From an uncultured Verrucomicrobiota bacterium (GTDB taxonomy: Bacteria > Verrucomicrobiota > Kiritimatiellia > CAYTQP01 > CAYXEW01), in assembly GCA_964464115.1 (NCBI GenBank), contig CAYXEW010000005.1, positions 1 to 51,306 on the forward strand: DNA of 51,306 nt. Direction: 5' to 3'. A program made the position numbers and the translations under genes. Of this stretch, positions 17,792 to 27,662 are shown in pieces. The stretch's first letter is position 1, and every line of letters begins with the position of its first letter. The notes under the pieces are model-generated. The model had not been told where the DNA came from. It did no database searches and worked only from the letters and a program-made list of their open reading frames with translations.

Positions 17792-19952
17792 AAAACGCTA
17801 TATAGCTATGTTCAGTGTGCACGGTCTCCTGCGCGGGTTCGATATGGAGCTGGGGCGTGATTCCGACACCGGCGGCCAGATTACCTATGTGGTCGAGTTG
17901 GCCCGGGCACTGCATGAGTGTGAGAGTGTCGGCCGCGTCGATCTATTTACGCGAAAAATCATCGATAAGAATATAGACGCCAGCTACAGCGTAGAACGGG
18001 AACCGCTGACGGACCGGGTGACCATCGTACGGATCCCATGCGGCCCCCGCCGCTATCTGAGAAAGGAAAGTCTGTGGCCGTATCTGCCGGGGTTTGTAGA
18101 CAATACGCTACAGTATTTTCGCAGCCGCCGCCGTGTGCCGGATATCATTCACGGACATTATGCAGACGCCGGCTATGTCGGGGGGCAGCTCGCCCGACTG
18201 CTGGGCGTGCCCTTTGTGTTCACAGGACACAGCCTCGGCAGAGTCAAGCGTGAGCGTATGGAGAAAAAAGGTGCCCGGATGGAGGTGGCCGATCGCAAGT
18301 TTAACTTTCCGCGCCGCATCGAAGCAGAAGAATTTGCTCTGGAAACGGCTTCACTGGTGGTGGCCAGTACCCGCCAGGAAGTGCGCGAGCAGTACGAAGT
18401 GTACCACCATTACAACCCTCACCGCATGCGGGTTATAGCGCCCGGCGTCGACCTCAAGCGGTTTTATCCTCCCGAGGGTCCGGTGAAAACGCGCATGAGC
18501 GAAGAATTGAAGCGTTTTTTGAAAGACCCTGAAAAGCCCATGATTCTGGCGATGGCCCGTCCCGATGATCGTAAGAATATAGCGACGCTGGTGCGTGCTT
18601 ATGCGGAAGATAAACAGCTCAGAGAATGGGCCAACCTGGTGCTGATCCTGGGCAGCCGTGATGATATTCAGAAAATGGAGCATTCGGCGCGGCGGGTCCT
18701 GGCTAATTTGTTTTATCTGTTCGATTTTTACGACTTGTACGGGTCCGTGGCTTTTCCCAAGAGCCATGCCGCTGAAGAAGTCCCGGACATCTACCGGTTG
18801 GGCACCGCTAGCAAAGGTGTTTTTGTAAATCCCGCCCTGACGGAGCCTTTTGGGCTGACGCTGATTGAAGCGGCGGCCTCGGGTATGCCGATTGTCGCCA
18901 CCAATAACGGCGGGCCCAATGATATCATCGAAACGCTGGACAATGGACTGTTGGTCGATCCACTTGACGGCGGCGCCATTGCTGCCGCCCTAAAAAAAAT
19001 TGTGTCAGACAGCGGGGCCTGGCAGACCTATTCCGAAAATGGTGTGGAGCGCTCCCGAACGGCCTACTCATGGAAGGCTCATGTCGATACATACATCGAC
19101 CGCCTGAATACGGTTTTTGAAGAAGAGGGGGAAAAGACAGCCGTAGTGCCTTCGCATCGGAGCCGCCTGCCCACGATCGACCGCGTCGTGGTGACGGATG
19201 TCGATAATACGCTGACAGGGGATGATGAAGGAACAGCCGCCTTTTTGAAAGCCCTCAGCGATGCGGGTGAGTTTACGGCCTTCGGTATTGCCACCGGAAG
19301 GAGCAAAGAGAGCGCGCTTGAAGCGCTGAACGAAGCGGGGGCCCCGGTGCCGGATATTATGATCACGTCCGCCGGCGCCGCGATTTATTACGGCGAAAAA
19401 TTGACGCCTGACGTGAGCTGGGAAAAGCACATTCATTACCGTTGGTATCCCGACTCCATACGCAATGCTCTGGATAAGTTACCGGGGCTGTACCCCCAGC
19501 CAAAGGAACAGCAGCATCCCTACAAATTGAGCTATACGATCAACCTCGAGGAATCCCCGCCGATCCACCGCGTCCGCAAATATCTTCGCGAGTGTGAGTT
19601 GCGGGCCAAAGTCATCTTTTCACTCGGTATGTATCTCGATATAATGCCGATCCGCGCGTCGACAGGCCTCGCCATTCGATACCTGGCATTCAAGTGGGGA
19701 CTTTCGCCGGATCATCTATTGGTGGCCGGTGACTCCGGTAATGATGAGGAGATGCTGGACGGACATACGCTAGGTGTGGTCGTCGGCAACTACAGTAGCG
19801 AACTTGAAAAACTGCGCGGTCGTCCCCGCATCTATTTTACTGAAGCCTGTCACGCCTGGGGCATTCTCGAAGGTATTCAACATTATAATTTTTTTGGTGA
19901 AATTAACATCCCTGTAAAAGACGAGGTATCCAATGAAACAGAATCTACTTGA
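17784..19952 (+). CDS. Sucrose-phosphate synthase with C-terminal SPP-like HAD domain
   Basis: IAMFSVHGLLRGFDMELGRDSDTGGQITYVVELARAL and the GT-B C-terminal motif EPFGLTLIEAAASGMPIVATNNGGP. The C-terminal HAD domain has VVVTDVDNTLTG, ATGRS and VAGDSGNDEEML. Length 722 aa. Confidence 0.93.
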   Translation: MSEKRYIAMFSVHGLLRGFDMELGRDSDTGGQITYVVELARALHECESVGRVDLFTRKIIDKNIDASYSVEREPLTDRVTIVRIPCGPRRYLRKESLWPYLPGFVDNTLQYFRSRRRVPDIIHGHYADAGYVGGQLARLLGVPFVFTGHSLGRVKRERMEKKGARMEVADRKFNFPRRIEAEEFALETASLVVASTRQEVREQYEVYHHYNPHRMRVIAPGVDLKRFYPPEGPVKTRMSEELKRFLKDPEKPMILAMARPDDRKNIATLVRAYAEDKQLREWANLVLILGSRDDIQKMEHSARRVLANLFYLFDFYDLYGSVAFPKSHAAEEVPDIYRLGTASKGVFVNPALTEPFGLTLIEAAASGMPIVATNNGGPNDIIETLDNGLLVDPLDGGAIAAALKKIVSDSGAWQTYSENGVERSRTAYSWKAHVDTYIDRLNTVFEEEGEKTAVVPSHRSRLPTIDRVVVTDVDNTLTGDDEGTAAFLKALSDAGEFTAFGIATGRSKESALEALNEAGAPVPDIMITSAGAAIYYGEKLTPDVSWEKHIHYRWYPDSIRNALDKLPGLYPQPKEQQHPYKLSYTINLEESPPIHRVRKYLRECELRAKVIFSLGMYLDIMPIRASTGLAIRYLAFKWGLSPDHLLVAGDSGNDEEMLDGHTLGVVVGNYSSELEKLRGRPRIYFTEACHAWGILEGIQHYNFFGEINIPVKDEVSNETEST

Positions 19953-22314
19953 GTATTCACTGCAGCATAAACCGGCTGTCTACCTATTCCTGAAACAGTG
20001 TGTGGAGGCCCATCGCGCATTTCTGCTCAAATCCGATTTGGTGGATATACTGGAGAACTGTAAAGAAAAGGATGGCGGAGCCGCCCTCAAAACATCGGTG
20101 TTTGAACAGGCCATCTACCATGCGGAAGAGGCCGCGGTTCAAGAGGGGTGGGTTTATCTTTCGGTCCGCTGGGATGTGGCCCATTGGGCCTACTGGCGCT
20201 TCCAGGTAGATCAGATTCTCTGCCAGGAGGTCTCGCCCACCGATTTCCTGGTGTTCAAGGAAAGCATTGTCGAAACGAAACAGCCGGATGATGCATGGGA
20301 CCTAGAGCTGGATGTGTCACCGTTCAAGCGCAATCTGCCGATGTTGCGACAGACTCGTTCCATCGGCCATGGGGTCGAATTTATGAACCGTCACCTGGCG
20401 AGGACCATGACAGATGCAAAAATGGAAGGGTTGCTTGAATTTCTCAAGGTGCATCAGTACCGCGATGTGCAGTTGCTGCTTAATGATCGCGTAAAAGACC
20501 TCGATATGCTGCAACAGGCCCTGCGTGATGCGCGAAACGTGATAAAGAAAATCGACCCCGCGACAGAGTGGTCGGATTTCGCCGGACAGTTGCCAAACAA
20601 CTGCTTTGAAGCCGGGTGGGGGCGGACGGCGGCCGGCGTGGTCGAGATGATGACGCTACTGCTCGACTTGATGGAGTCTCCCAGCAACAGTCTCCTCGAA
20701 GAATTTCTGTCCAGAATACCCATGATTTCCAAGCTGGCAGTCCTTTCCCCGCACGGATATTTCGGGCAATCCAATGTGCTGGGATTGCCGGACACCGGCG
20801 GACAGGTTGTGTACATCCTGGACCAGGTGCGCGCACTGGAAAAGCAGATGTGTGAAGACCTGTACCGCCAGGGTCTGGATGTCGATCCAAAAATTATTAT
20901 CGTGACGCGCCTGATTCCCGATGCGGGGGATACGACCTGTAACCAGCGCATCGAACCGATTCTCGGAACCAATCATACGTATATCCTGCGCGTACCGTTT
21001 CGGTATGAAAACGGGGAAGTGGTGTCGCACTGGATATCGCGTTTTGAAATTTGGCCGTTTCTGGAGCGCTACGCCCGCGACGTGCAGATCGAACTGCTCG
21101 GCGAACTGGGCGGTAAACCCGACCTGATTATCGGCAATTATTCTGACGGCAATCTGGTTGCGACACTGTTGTCCAGACAGTTGAATGTCACGCAATGCAC
21201 TATTGCTCATGCTCTGGAAAAGACCAAATACCTGTACTCCGCCCTGCACTGGAAAGAACACGAAGAGCAGTACCATTTCGCATGCCAGTTTACCGCTGAT
21301 TTGCTGGCTATGAATCATGCTGACTTCATCATAACCAGCACCTATCAGGAAATAGCCGGAACGGATGAAAGTGTCGGCCAGTATGAAAGTTATATGTCGT
21401 TTACCATGCCCGGTCTCTATCGCGTTTTAAACGGTGTGAATATCTATGATCCAAAATTTAATATTGTCAGCCCGGGGGCGGATGAAGAGGTCTACTTCCC
21501 GTATTTTGAACATGACCGCCGCCTGGTAAACCTGCATGATGATATACATGAAGTACTCTATGGACCGCCTCATGAAGGGGCGCGCGGACAGCTTACGGAC
21601 GCGGAAAAACCGTTGCTCTTCGTCATGTCGCGCATGGATTCTATCAAAAATGTGGCGGGTGTTGTGCAGTGGTATGCGGAAAACGAGGCACTGCAGGATG
21701 CGGCCTGTCTTTTTCTCGTCTCCGGCAAGGTGGACCCCGCCACCTCCAGTGATGCCGAAGAGCAGGCGCAGGCTCGCCTCATCCATCAGTTGATGGATGA
21801 ACACGGGCTGGATGATAAGGTCCGCTGGGTCAATTCGATGTCGGACCGTAATTTCAACGGTGAAATGTACCGTGTTGTTGCCGATAAAAAAGGCGCGTTT
21901 ATTCAGCCGGCGCTTTTTGAGGCCTTTGGTTTGACAGTGATCGAAGCCATGAGTTCCGGGCTCCCCGTGTTTGCAACCTGTTATGGAGGTCCGCTGGAAA
22001 TCATTGAGAACGGCGTTTCGGGTTTTCATATCGACCCAAATCGGGGGCAGGAGGCCGCGGAGATGATGGTCTCTTTTTATGAGGCTTGCCGTCAGGATTC
22101 GACCCACTGGGATACGATATCCCGGGGCGCCCTGAAGCGCGTAGAGGAGGCTTACACCTGGCGCCTTTATGCCAATCGACTTTTGACGCTGTCACGCATC
22201 TATGGCTTCTGGAAGCATATGTCCAATGTGGAATCAGAGCCGGTGGGGCGTTATCTGCAGATGTTCTACAGCTTGATGTATCGCCGCCTGGCTCAATCAG
22301 TGCCGGAAAAATAG
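19933..22314 (+). CDS. Sucrose synthase
   Basis: LSPHGYFGQSNVLGLPDTGGQVVYILDQVRALE, GNYSDGNLVA and EAFGLTVIEAMSSGLPVFATCYGGPLEII. Length 793 aa. It overlaps the SPS 3' end by 20 nt. Confidence 0.95.
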   Translation: MKQNLLEYSLQHKPAVYLFLKQCVEAHRAFLLKSDLVDILENCKEKDGGAALKTSVFEQAIYHAEEAAVQEGWVYLSVRWDVAHWAYWRFQVDQILCQEVSPTDFLVFKESIVETKQPDDAWDLELDVSPFKRNLPMLRQTRSIGHGVEFMNRHLARTMTDAKMEGLLEFLKVHQYRDVQLLLNDRVKDLDMLQQALRDARNVIKKIDPATEWSDFAGQLPNNCFEAGWGRTAAGVVEMMTLLLDLMESPSNSLLEEFLSRIPMISKLAVLSPHGYFGQSNVLGLPDTGGQVVYILDQVRALEKQMCEDLYRQGLDVDPKIIIVTRLIPDAGDTTCNQRIEPILGTNHTYILRVPFRYENGEVVSHWISRFEIWPFLERYARDVQIELLGELGGKPDLIIGNYSDGNLVATLLSRQLNVTQCTIAHALEKTKYLYSALHWKEHEEQYHFACQFTADLLAMNHADFIITSTYQEIAGTDESVGQYESYMSFTMPGLYRVLNGVNIYDPKFNIVSPGADEEVYFPYFEHDRRLVNLHDDIHEVLYGPPHEGARGQLTDAEKPLLFVMSRMDSIKNVAGVVQWYAENEALQDAACLFLVSGKVDPATSSDAEEQAQARLIHQLMDEHGLDDKVRWVNSMSDRNFNGEMYRVVADKKGAFIQPALFEAFGLTVIEAMSSGLPVFATCYGGPLEIIENGVSGFHIDPNRGQEAAEMMVSFYEACRQDSTHWDTISRGALKRVEEAYTWRLYANRLLTLSRIYGFWKHMSNVESEPVGRYLQMFYSLMYRRLAQSVPEK

Positions 22315-22550
22315 AAGAGCGCATGGTTACCTATCGGACGTTTGATCCGAAAAGGGGATGACTTTCAATGGTAGTTTGAATAAAAAGGGCTCATCCTGTC
22401 AATCATGAGGCCGCTTAAACTGAAAACAATTCCATAACAATACGCTATTAATAAGCTAACAATCGGGTCTCTATACTGGACGGCATAGAAATAGAAAGGC
22501 CTGTGTGTATACCAGGCTTCGCCCATTGTTTGAAAAAAACTGATTTCGCA

Positions 22551-25358
22551 ATGAAACGCCGAAAAAAAAGTATAGTGTGGCTCGTTGTGGCCCTCTGCTC
22601 GTCGTTGTACACGGCGGGTGCCGAGTACGACCTGGCGCCGCAGGACTTATACACAGCCGGGCTCGCGAAGTTCAGCGAGGGTGACTATATCGGCGCCCTT
22701 TCCTATTTTGAGACACTGGTCAACAAGTTTGGTGAAGAAGCTGAATTGCGCGAATCCCTCGAGCGCGTTCATTATGCGATGGGCTGCTGTTACTTCAATA
22801 ACGGCGATATGGAGGGGGCGGCTGAAGCCTTTGGTCGCTACATGAAAGAATATCCCAAAGCACGGTTCTACGACGAAGCGCTCTTCCGCGTCGGCTCCGC
22901 CTATCAGAACCTGGAAAATTATGATAAGGCCATCGACTATTTTCAGCGGTTGGAAGTAGACTTTCCGACGTCGCCGTTTACAGAGGACGGCCTCTTTCAG
23001 GTGGGACTCTGCCATACCTTTAAAGAAGACCATGAGCAGGCCGTGCAGAGTTATAAAAAATTTATTCGCTACTATCCCTCTTCCGATTTGGCACCGCATG
23101 CGTCTGTCCTGCTGGGACGTTCTTACCTGTCGCTGGGCACCTGGCGTGACGCGCTGGAAATTATCAAAGATGTGCGCGTCGAGTGGCAGTCGGCGGATTA
23201 TAAGGCACAGCTCAACTTTCTCGCCATGGAGATCGGGGATATTGCCTTCGACGAAACGGAGTATGACCTGGCCCTGCAGGCCTACCGGCGCGTACGTACT
23301 AAAGAACATTTGATTCGCACCCAGCGCGAATGGATGGACCTGCTGCAGCGCCGCCTCTCCTATATTAACCGCCAACGCATAGATCCCAAGACCATCAATG
23401 AGCATTTTCGCCTGAAACGCCGTATTCAGAGCTCCCTTTCCAGGGCGGGGAACACCCTGGATGAGTTGATTGAATCACCCAATCATGATGCCCTGCTCTA
23501 TCACCGCATCGGCCGATGCTTCTTTAATAATGAACGCTATTGGGAGGCGCGCGTGGCCTTTACCCGCGTGGTCGAAGACGCGGTCACCGAGGATGTCCGG
23601 GAGTCCGGCATGTTTGACCTCGTTATGGTGCTCGCCAGACAGCGGAAATTCCCCAAAACGATTGCCCAGGCCGACGTCTACCTCTCCGAATACGGCGAGG
23701 TTCAGAAATACATTGATAACAACCGAGTGCCGACGATTGGGTACATCCGGGCGGAAGCGTTTATCAATGACGAGCGGTTTGAAGAAGCGGAACCGGCCCT
23801 GCGCGATCTGATGAATCGGTTCCCCGAGCACAACCAACTGGCACGCATTGAGTTTTACCTGGCACTGTCTCTAGCCATGCAGGAGCAGTTTGCTGAATCT
23901 ATTGAGATGTTTGAGCGCTGGTTGCGTGACTATCCGAACCATATCATGCATTCCGATGTTCGCTATTGGCTCGCAGTGGCTCTCTATTACAGCGGCAATC
24001 ATGGCGCGGCCCTGCCGCGTTTTGTAGACTATGCGAATCAGAATCCGCTGTCGATCTATACGCCGGAGGCCGAATATCGCTCGGCCATGTGTATGTATTC
24101 GCTGGAGCAGTTTCAGCATGCTGCGGACACGCTGGAATCCTGGTTGCGGAGTTATCCCGACCATCACTTTGTATACGAAGCCCTCATCACGCGCGGTGAT
24201 GCGCTGGCGGCGATCGGCAAACTCGAAGAGGCTCGTGCGAGTTATCTGGAGGTGTCCCCGCTGGCCGGCCCTTATTATTACATGTCACTGCAACGCTGTG
24301 CTAAAGTGTACAAAGCCCTGGATGACCCCTTCTACTATAAAGAAATGGCGGCCATCTTTGAGCAGTTTATACACGAGCATCCGGATTCCCTGAACGTCGT
24401 GGATGCCGCCTATCAGGCGGGCTCCGCCCTGCGCCAGATTAATGAAATCGAGCGCGCCCGGAAACTCTACTGGGATAGTATTGAGCGGTATGGAAACCGA
24501 ACCGACTGGGAAGGGTTTACACCGCTGTTTGATGATTTGCGCCACCTCTACGGTGGTGATGCTGTGAGGGAGCTGGAACGACTCATCGAGAACGCCTACC
24601 GCGATGCCTACGCCGAAGGACTTTTCACTCTGGCGGTCCGCTACAAGTGGGCGCTGGCTCGTCTCAAGCCACTGGAAGGGGATGAGTTGGTGGCCGTGAA
24701 TGAAATCGAATCCAGGTTTGATAAGGAGCATATGGGGGCTGAAGAACTGGTAGCCATTTCGGAGACGCTGTTGGCGGCTGATCAGCGCGCCCGCGCCCGC
24801 CCTTATTACGAATACGTTTACAAAACCTTTCCGAAATCCCGCTATCTGGCGCTCGCCCTGATTAGAATGGCGGAAGATGCCCTGGCTGAAGAAAATGTGG
24901 AAACAGCCTTTGCGCTGGTCGATAATGCGCTTCAGCGGGCGATGGACCCCGAAGCACTGATAAGGGGGGTCTATGTGCGCGCCCGTTGCCTCCATGCCTT
25001 GGAGCGTTATGAGGATGCCATCCATGATTACACACAAATTTTGGCTCACCGCACAGCGCCGCGCCCTATGAAGCCCGAGGCCATGCTCGGCATTGCCGAC
25101 TGTTATGAAAAAAATGGCGAGCTGACCAAAGCGGTTCCTTATTACCAGCGCATTTATGTGCTCTATGGAGCCTTTAGCGATGCCGTTGCCAAGGCCTACT
25201 GGCGCAGCGGACAGGCGTTTGAAGAGATGAATGATTACACCGCAGCATCCCGGACGTATAGAGAAATGGTGGCGAACGAAGCACTGGCGGAGTATCCGGA
25301 GTTTGAAAAGGCCAAAGCCCGCCTGGCAGAATTGGGGGAGGCTGTTGATGCCGGTTAA
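22551..25358 (+). CDS. Large secreted TPR-repeat protein (YbgF/BamD-like TPR units)
   Basis: I place the start at ATG 22551 (MKRRKKSIVWLVVALCSSLYTAGA, signal peptide). The track ORF opens at GTG 22503. Repeated units resemble ..ALFRVGSAYQNLENYDKAIDYFQRLEVDFPTSPF... Confidence 0.85.
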   Translation: MKRRKKSIVWLVVALCSSLYTAGAEYDLAPQDLYTAGLAKFSEGDYIGALSYFETLVNKFGEEAELRESLERVHYAMGCCYFNNGDMEGAAEAFGRYMKEYPKARFYDEALFRVGSAYQNLENYDKAIDYFQRLEVDFPTSPFTEDGLFQVGLCHTFKEDHEQAVQSYKKFIRYYPSSDLAPHASVLLGRSYLSLGTWRDALEIIKDVRVEWQSADYKAQLNFLAMEIGDIAFDETEYDLALQAYRRVRTKEHLIRTQREWMDLLQRRLSYINRQRIDPKTINEHFRLKRRIQSSLSRAGNTLDELIESPNHDALLYHRIGRCFFNNERYWEARVAFTRVVEDAVTEDVRESGMFDLVMVLARQRKFPKTIAQADVYLSEYGEVQKYIDNNRVPTIGYIRAEAFINDERFEEAEPALRDLMNRFPEHNQLARIEFYLALSLAMQEQFAESIEMFERWLRDYPNHIMHSDVRYWLAVALYYSGNHGAALPRFVDYANQNPLSIYTPEAEYRSAMCMYSLEQFQHAADTLESWLRSYPDHHFVYEALITRGDALAAIGKLEEARASYLEVSPLAGPYYYMSLQRCAKVYKALDDPFYYKEMAAIFEQFIHEHPDSLNVVDAAYQAGSALRQINEIERARKLYWDSIERYGNRTDWEGFTPLFDDLRHLYGGDAVRELERLIENAYRDAYAEGLFTLAVRYKWALARLKPLEGDELVAVNEIESRFDKEHMGAEELVAISETLLAADQRARARPYYEYVYKTFPKSRYLALALIRMAEDALAEENVETAFALVDNALQRAMDPEALIRGVYVRARCLHALERYEDAIHDYTQILAHRTAPRPMKPEAMLGIADCYEKNGELTKAVPYYQRIYVLYGAFSDAVAKAYWRSGQAFEEMNDYTAASRTYREMVANEALAEYPEFEKAKARLAELGEAVDAG

Positions 25359-26268
25359 GCATGTCAGGACGCGGTGGGTACTGCTGGCAGGGCTGGTGCT
25401 GTTTGCCTGTGGTTCTTTTGCTCAGGATCGTGCGGACGGTCTCGGCCCCTTTACCATGCTGACCCGGCAAGGTGAGGTGACGGTCAAATTACTTCGCATG
25501 GACGATGATCTGGTCTGGATACTGCGCGAGATCAGTGCTGGCGATTGGCTGGAGACAGCAGTGGAAACGCGCGAAATTATAACCGTTCAGATGGAGCGGC
25601 CCACTGTTTTGAAAGCATTGGATGAAGAAGATGTCGAGCTCGATCCGGTGAAGGTGCATGTTTCGCTCAAGGAGCTGGTGGAGGGTCACGCCCCCTTCAA
25701 AACGCTTTCCGGCATGTATTACTATGAAGCCGCTTTTAAGAAGGCAATGCTGTACGAAAAGGGTGAAGACTGGAAGCGGGCACTGGCGCTTTACGAGCGT
25801 ATTTACCCTGATGAAGAAGCCCGCGAATGGGCCGATAAAGCGCGTGTTCATGCCGGTCTCTGTTATGCCAAAATGGGTGATGGAATCAAGGCACTGGATT
25901 TGATTGATCTGGATGCACTCAATGAAGACGACATAAAGCTGCTGTCGGATGGATACTATGCAGTGGGTAACGCCTTGTTTGAAAGCGGGCAGTACGAAGA
26001 AGCCCTGATGCATTATTTATATCTGGTTGTGTTTTATCCGTTTGTTGAAAACAATGAAATACGCTGCCTTTCGGCTTCACTCAGTTGTTATGAAAAAATG
26101 GAAGACTGGCCGGCCCTCGCCAAAGGTTTTACAGCTTTGCGCAGTCACTATCCCGAGACGCCTGAAACGGCTAAAGCGGAGGCGTGGATGTGGAAATATG
26201 AAGAACAGCTGGCCAATGAGGCCAATTTCAGTATTAAGGTTCTGGAAGGGGCCGCGACAGACGAATAA
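25348..26268 (+). CDS. Secreted or lipoprotein TPR-like protein
   Basis: I place the start at ATG 25348 (MPVKHVRTRWVLLAGLVLFACGS, signal peptide with a possible lipobox LFAC), which overlaps the upstream stop by 11 nt. The 39 extra codons in the track ORF (from 25231) lie inside the previous gene. Confidence 0.8.
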   Translation: MPVKHVRTRWVLLAGLVLFACGSFAQDRADGLGPFTMLTRQGEVTVKLLRMDDDLVWILREISAGDWLETAVETREIITVQMERPTVLKALDEEDVELDPVKVHVSLKELVEGHAPFKTLSGMYYYEAAFKKAMLYEKGEDWKRALALYERIYPDEEAREWADKARVHAGLCYAKMGDGIKALDLIDLDALNEDDIKLLSDGYYAVGNALFESGQYEEALMHYLYLVVFYPFVENNEIRCLSASLSCYEKMEDWPALAKGFTALRSHYPETPETAKAEAWMWKYEEQLANEANFSIKVLEGAATDE

Positions 26269-26316
26269 GGTGTTTTGCAGTTTATACAAGTAATTAGAAA
26301 GTGAGGAAAAATTAGT

Positions 26317-27075
26317 ATGATGAAACTGAATAAAGTGTGGAGCGTGATACTGCTATGTGTGTTCACGGTAATGGTGTGCGCCGTATTTGCACAGGAAGGC
26401 GGTGAAGCCGCTGCCGAAGCAGAGCAGAAACTATCCCTGTATGATCTCATTTCCCAGGGCGGTTGGGCGATGATTCCCCTCGGACTCTGTTCGTTGTTGC
26501 TGGTGTCTATGATTATTATGAATGCCAGACAGGTCAGCCAGAAAAAACTGATACCGGAAGAAGTTGTCGCTGACATTCATGCTTCCTCAAAAATGCAGGA
26601 CTTCGGTGCTGTTTGGAACAAAGTAAATGCGGTCGACTGCTTTTTTACACGGGGCCTGAAAGCGGGCCTACGCCACGTCAATGTGGATGACGTGGCTTCC
26701 TCTGTTCCACGCATGGAAGAGGCCATCGGCGAAGCTGTAAGCCGCGAAGAAGCCCAGATATCGTTTTGGATAAATTTTCTATCCCTGATTGCGGGTGTGG
26801 CACCGATGATCGGTCTGCTGGGTACGGTTTCCGGTATGATTGGAGCCTTTCAGCAGATTGCCTCCGGCGGTATGGGTAAGCCGGAGCTGTTGGCTGGCGA
26901 TATTGGTGAAGCGCTCATTACGACTGCGACCGGCCTGACAATTGCCATTCCTGCCGTATTCAGTTACTTCCTCTTTAGAAATATGCTGGGCCGTGTACTG
27001 GCCAGAGCGGAGGAGGAATACTCTATGGTTATGGATGAACTTGCGGGTACCGGAATTGTCGAAATGGAAGAGTAG
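26317..27075 (+). CDS. exbB: MotA/TolQ/ExbB proton-channel family protein
   Basis: LIAGVAPMIGLLGTVSGMIGAFQ and GDIGEALITTATGLTIAIPAVFSYFLFRN. It has an N-terminal signal-like helix plus 3 TM segments. Confidence 0.9.
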   Translation: MMKLNKVWSVILLCVFTVMVCAVFAQEGGEAAAEAEQKLSLYDLISQGGWAMIPLGLCSLLLVSMIIMNARQVSQKKLIPEEVVADIHASSKMQDFGAVWNKVNAVDCFFTRGLKAGLRHVNVDDVASSVPRMEEAIGEAVSREEAQISFWINFLSLIAGVAPMIGLLGTVSGMIGAFQQIASGGMGKPELLAGDIGEALITTATGLTIAIPAVFSYFLFRNMLGRVLARAEEEYSMVMDELAGTGIVEMEE

Positions 27076-27173
27076 ACAGATGACACTTCTCATGGGTGGT
27101 GGTGTTTCTGCACACGCTTAAGAACGCCGTTGAAACGCTGCCTTCCAGAGAATCGTGAATAAGATTTGTTCAT

Positions 27174-27632
27174 ATGAAATTAAAGCGTAAATCTAATATC
27201 GATGCCGAAGTCGACATGACACCCATGATTGACATGGTGTTTCTGTTGCTGGTCTTTTTCATGTGTGCGGCCACGATGTCAAAGGTGGATTTTACTCCTG
27301 AAATCAAGTTACCGATTGCCCCGAAAGCGGATGTGCCCGAGGATTTGCGGAATCGCGGCACCATTAATATCCTGCCGGTGGGCTTCATTACCGTCGACGG
27401 GGAAGAGGTTACGGAAGACAAGCCCTTTATGGTGTCGGGCAGTCTCGTCACGGCAGGTGACCTTGTAAAAATTATCGAAGAGCGCCGGACGGAAGATCCG
27501 GATGTCCGCGTATACATGCGGGTTGATCGCAATGTAGAATATTCACGGGTACAGGAAGCGATCAAGGCGGCCGCTGCCGGTGGAGTGTATGATATTATTT
27601 TCGCCTCTTACCAAAGTAAGGGTGGAGAGTAA
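27174..27632 (+). CDS. exbD: ExbD/TolR family biopolymer transport protein (copy 1)
   Basis: MKLKRKSNIDAEVDMTPMIDMVFLLLVFFM followed by a periplasmic domain ..VRVYMRVDRNVEYSRVQEAIKAAAAGG... Confidence 0.9.
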   Translation: MKLKRKSNIDAEVDMTPMIDMVFLLLVFFMCAATMSKVDFTPEIKLPIAPKADVPEDLRNRGTINILPVGFITVDGEEVTEDKPFMVSGSLVTAGDLVKIIEERRTEDPDVRVYMRVDRNVEYSRVQEAIKAAAAGGVYDIIFASYQSKGGE

Positions 27633-27662
27633 TGCTGAAAGCTGAAAGTGGAATGTTAAGTT

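Noticed and set aside
22647-25049. 252-aa and 254-aa minus-strand ORFs inside the large TPR gene
   Set aside because: They are antisense to a gene with a clear signal peptide and TPR periodicity, and they contain no motifs.
25231-25347. Upstream 39 codons of the second TPR ORF
   Set aside because: They lie within the 3' end of the preceding TPR gene in another frame. The signal peptide begins at the ATG at 25348.
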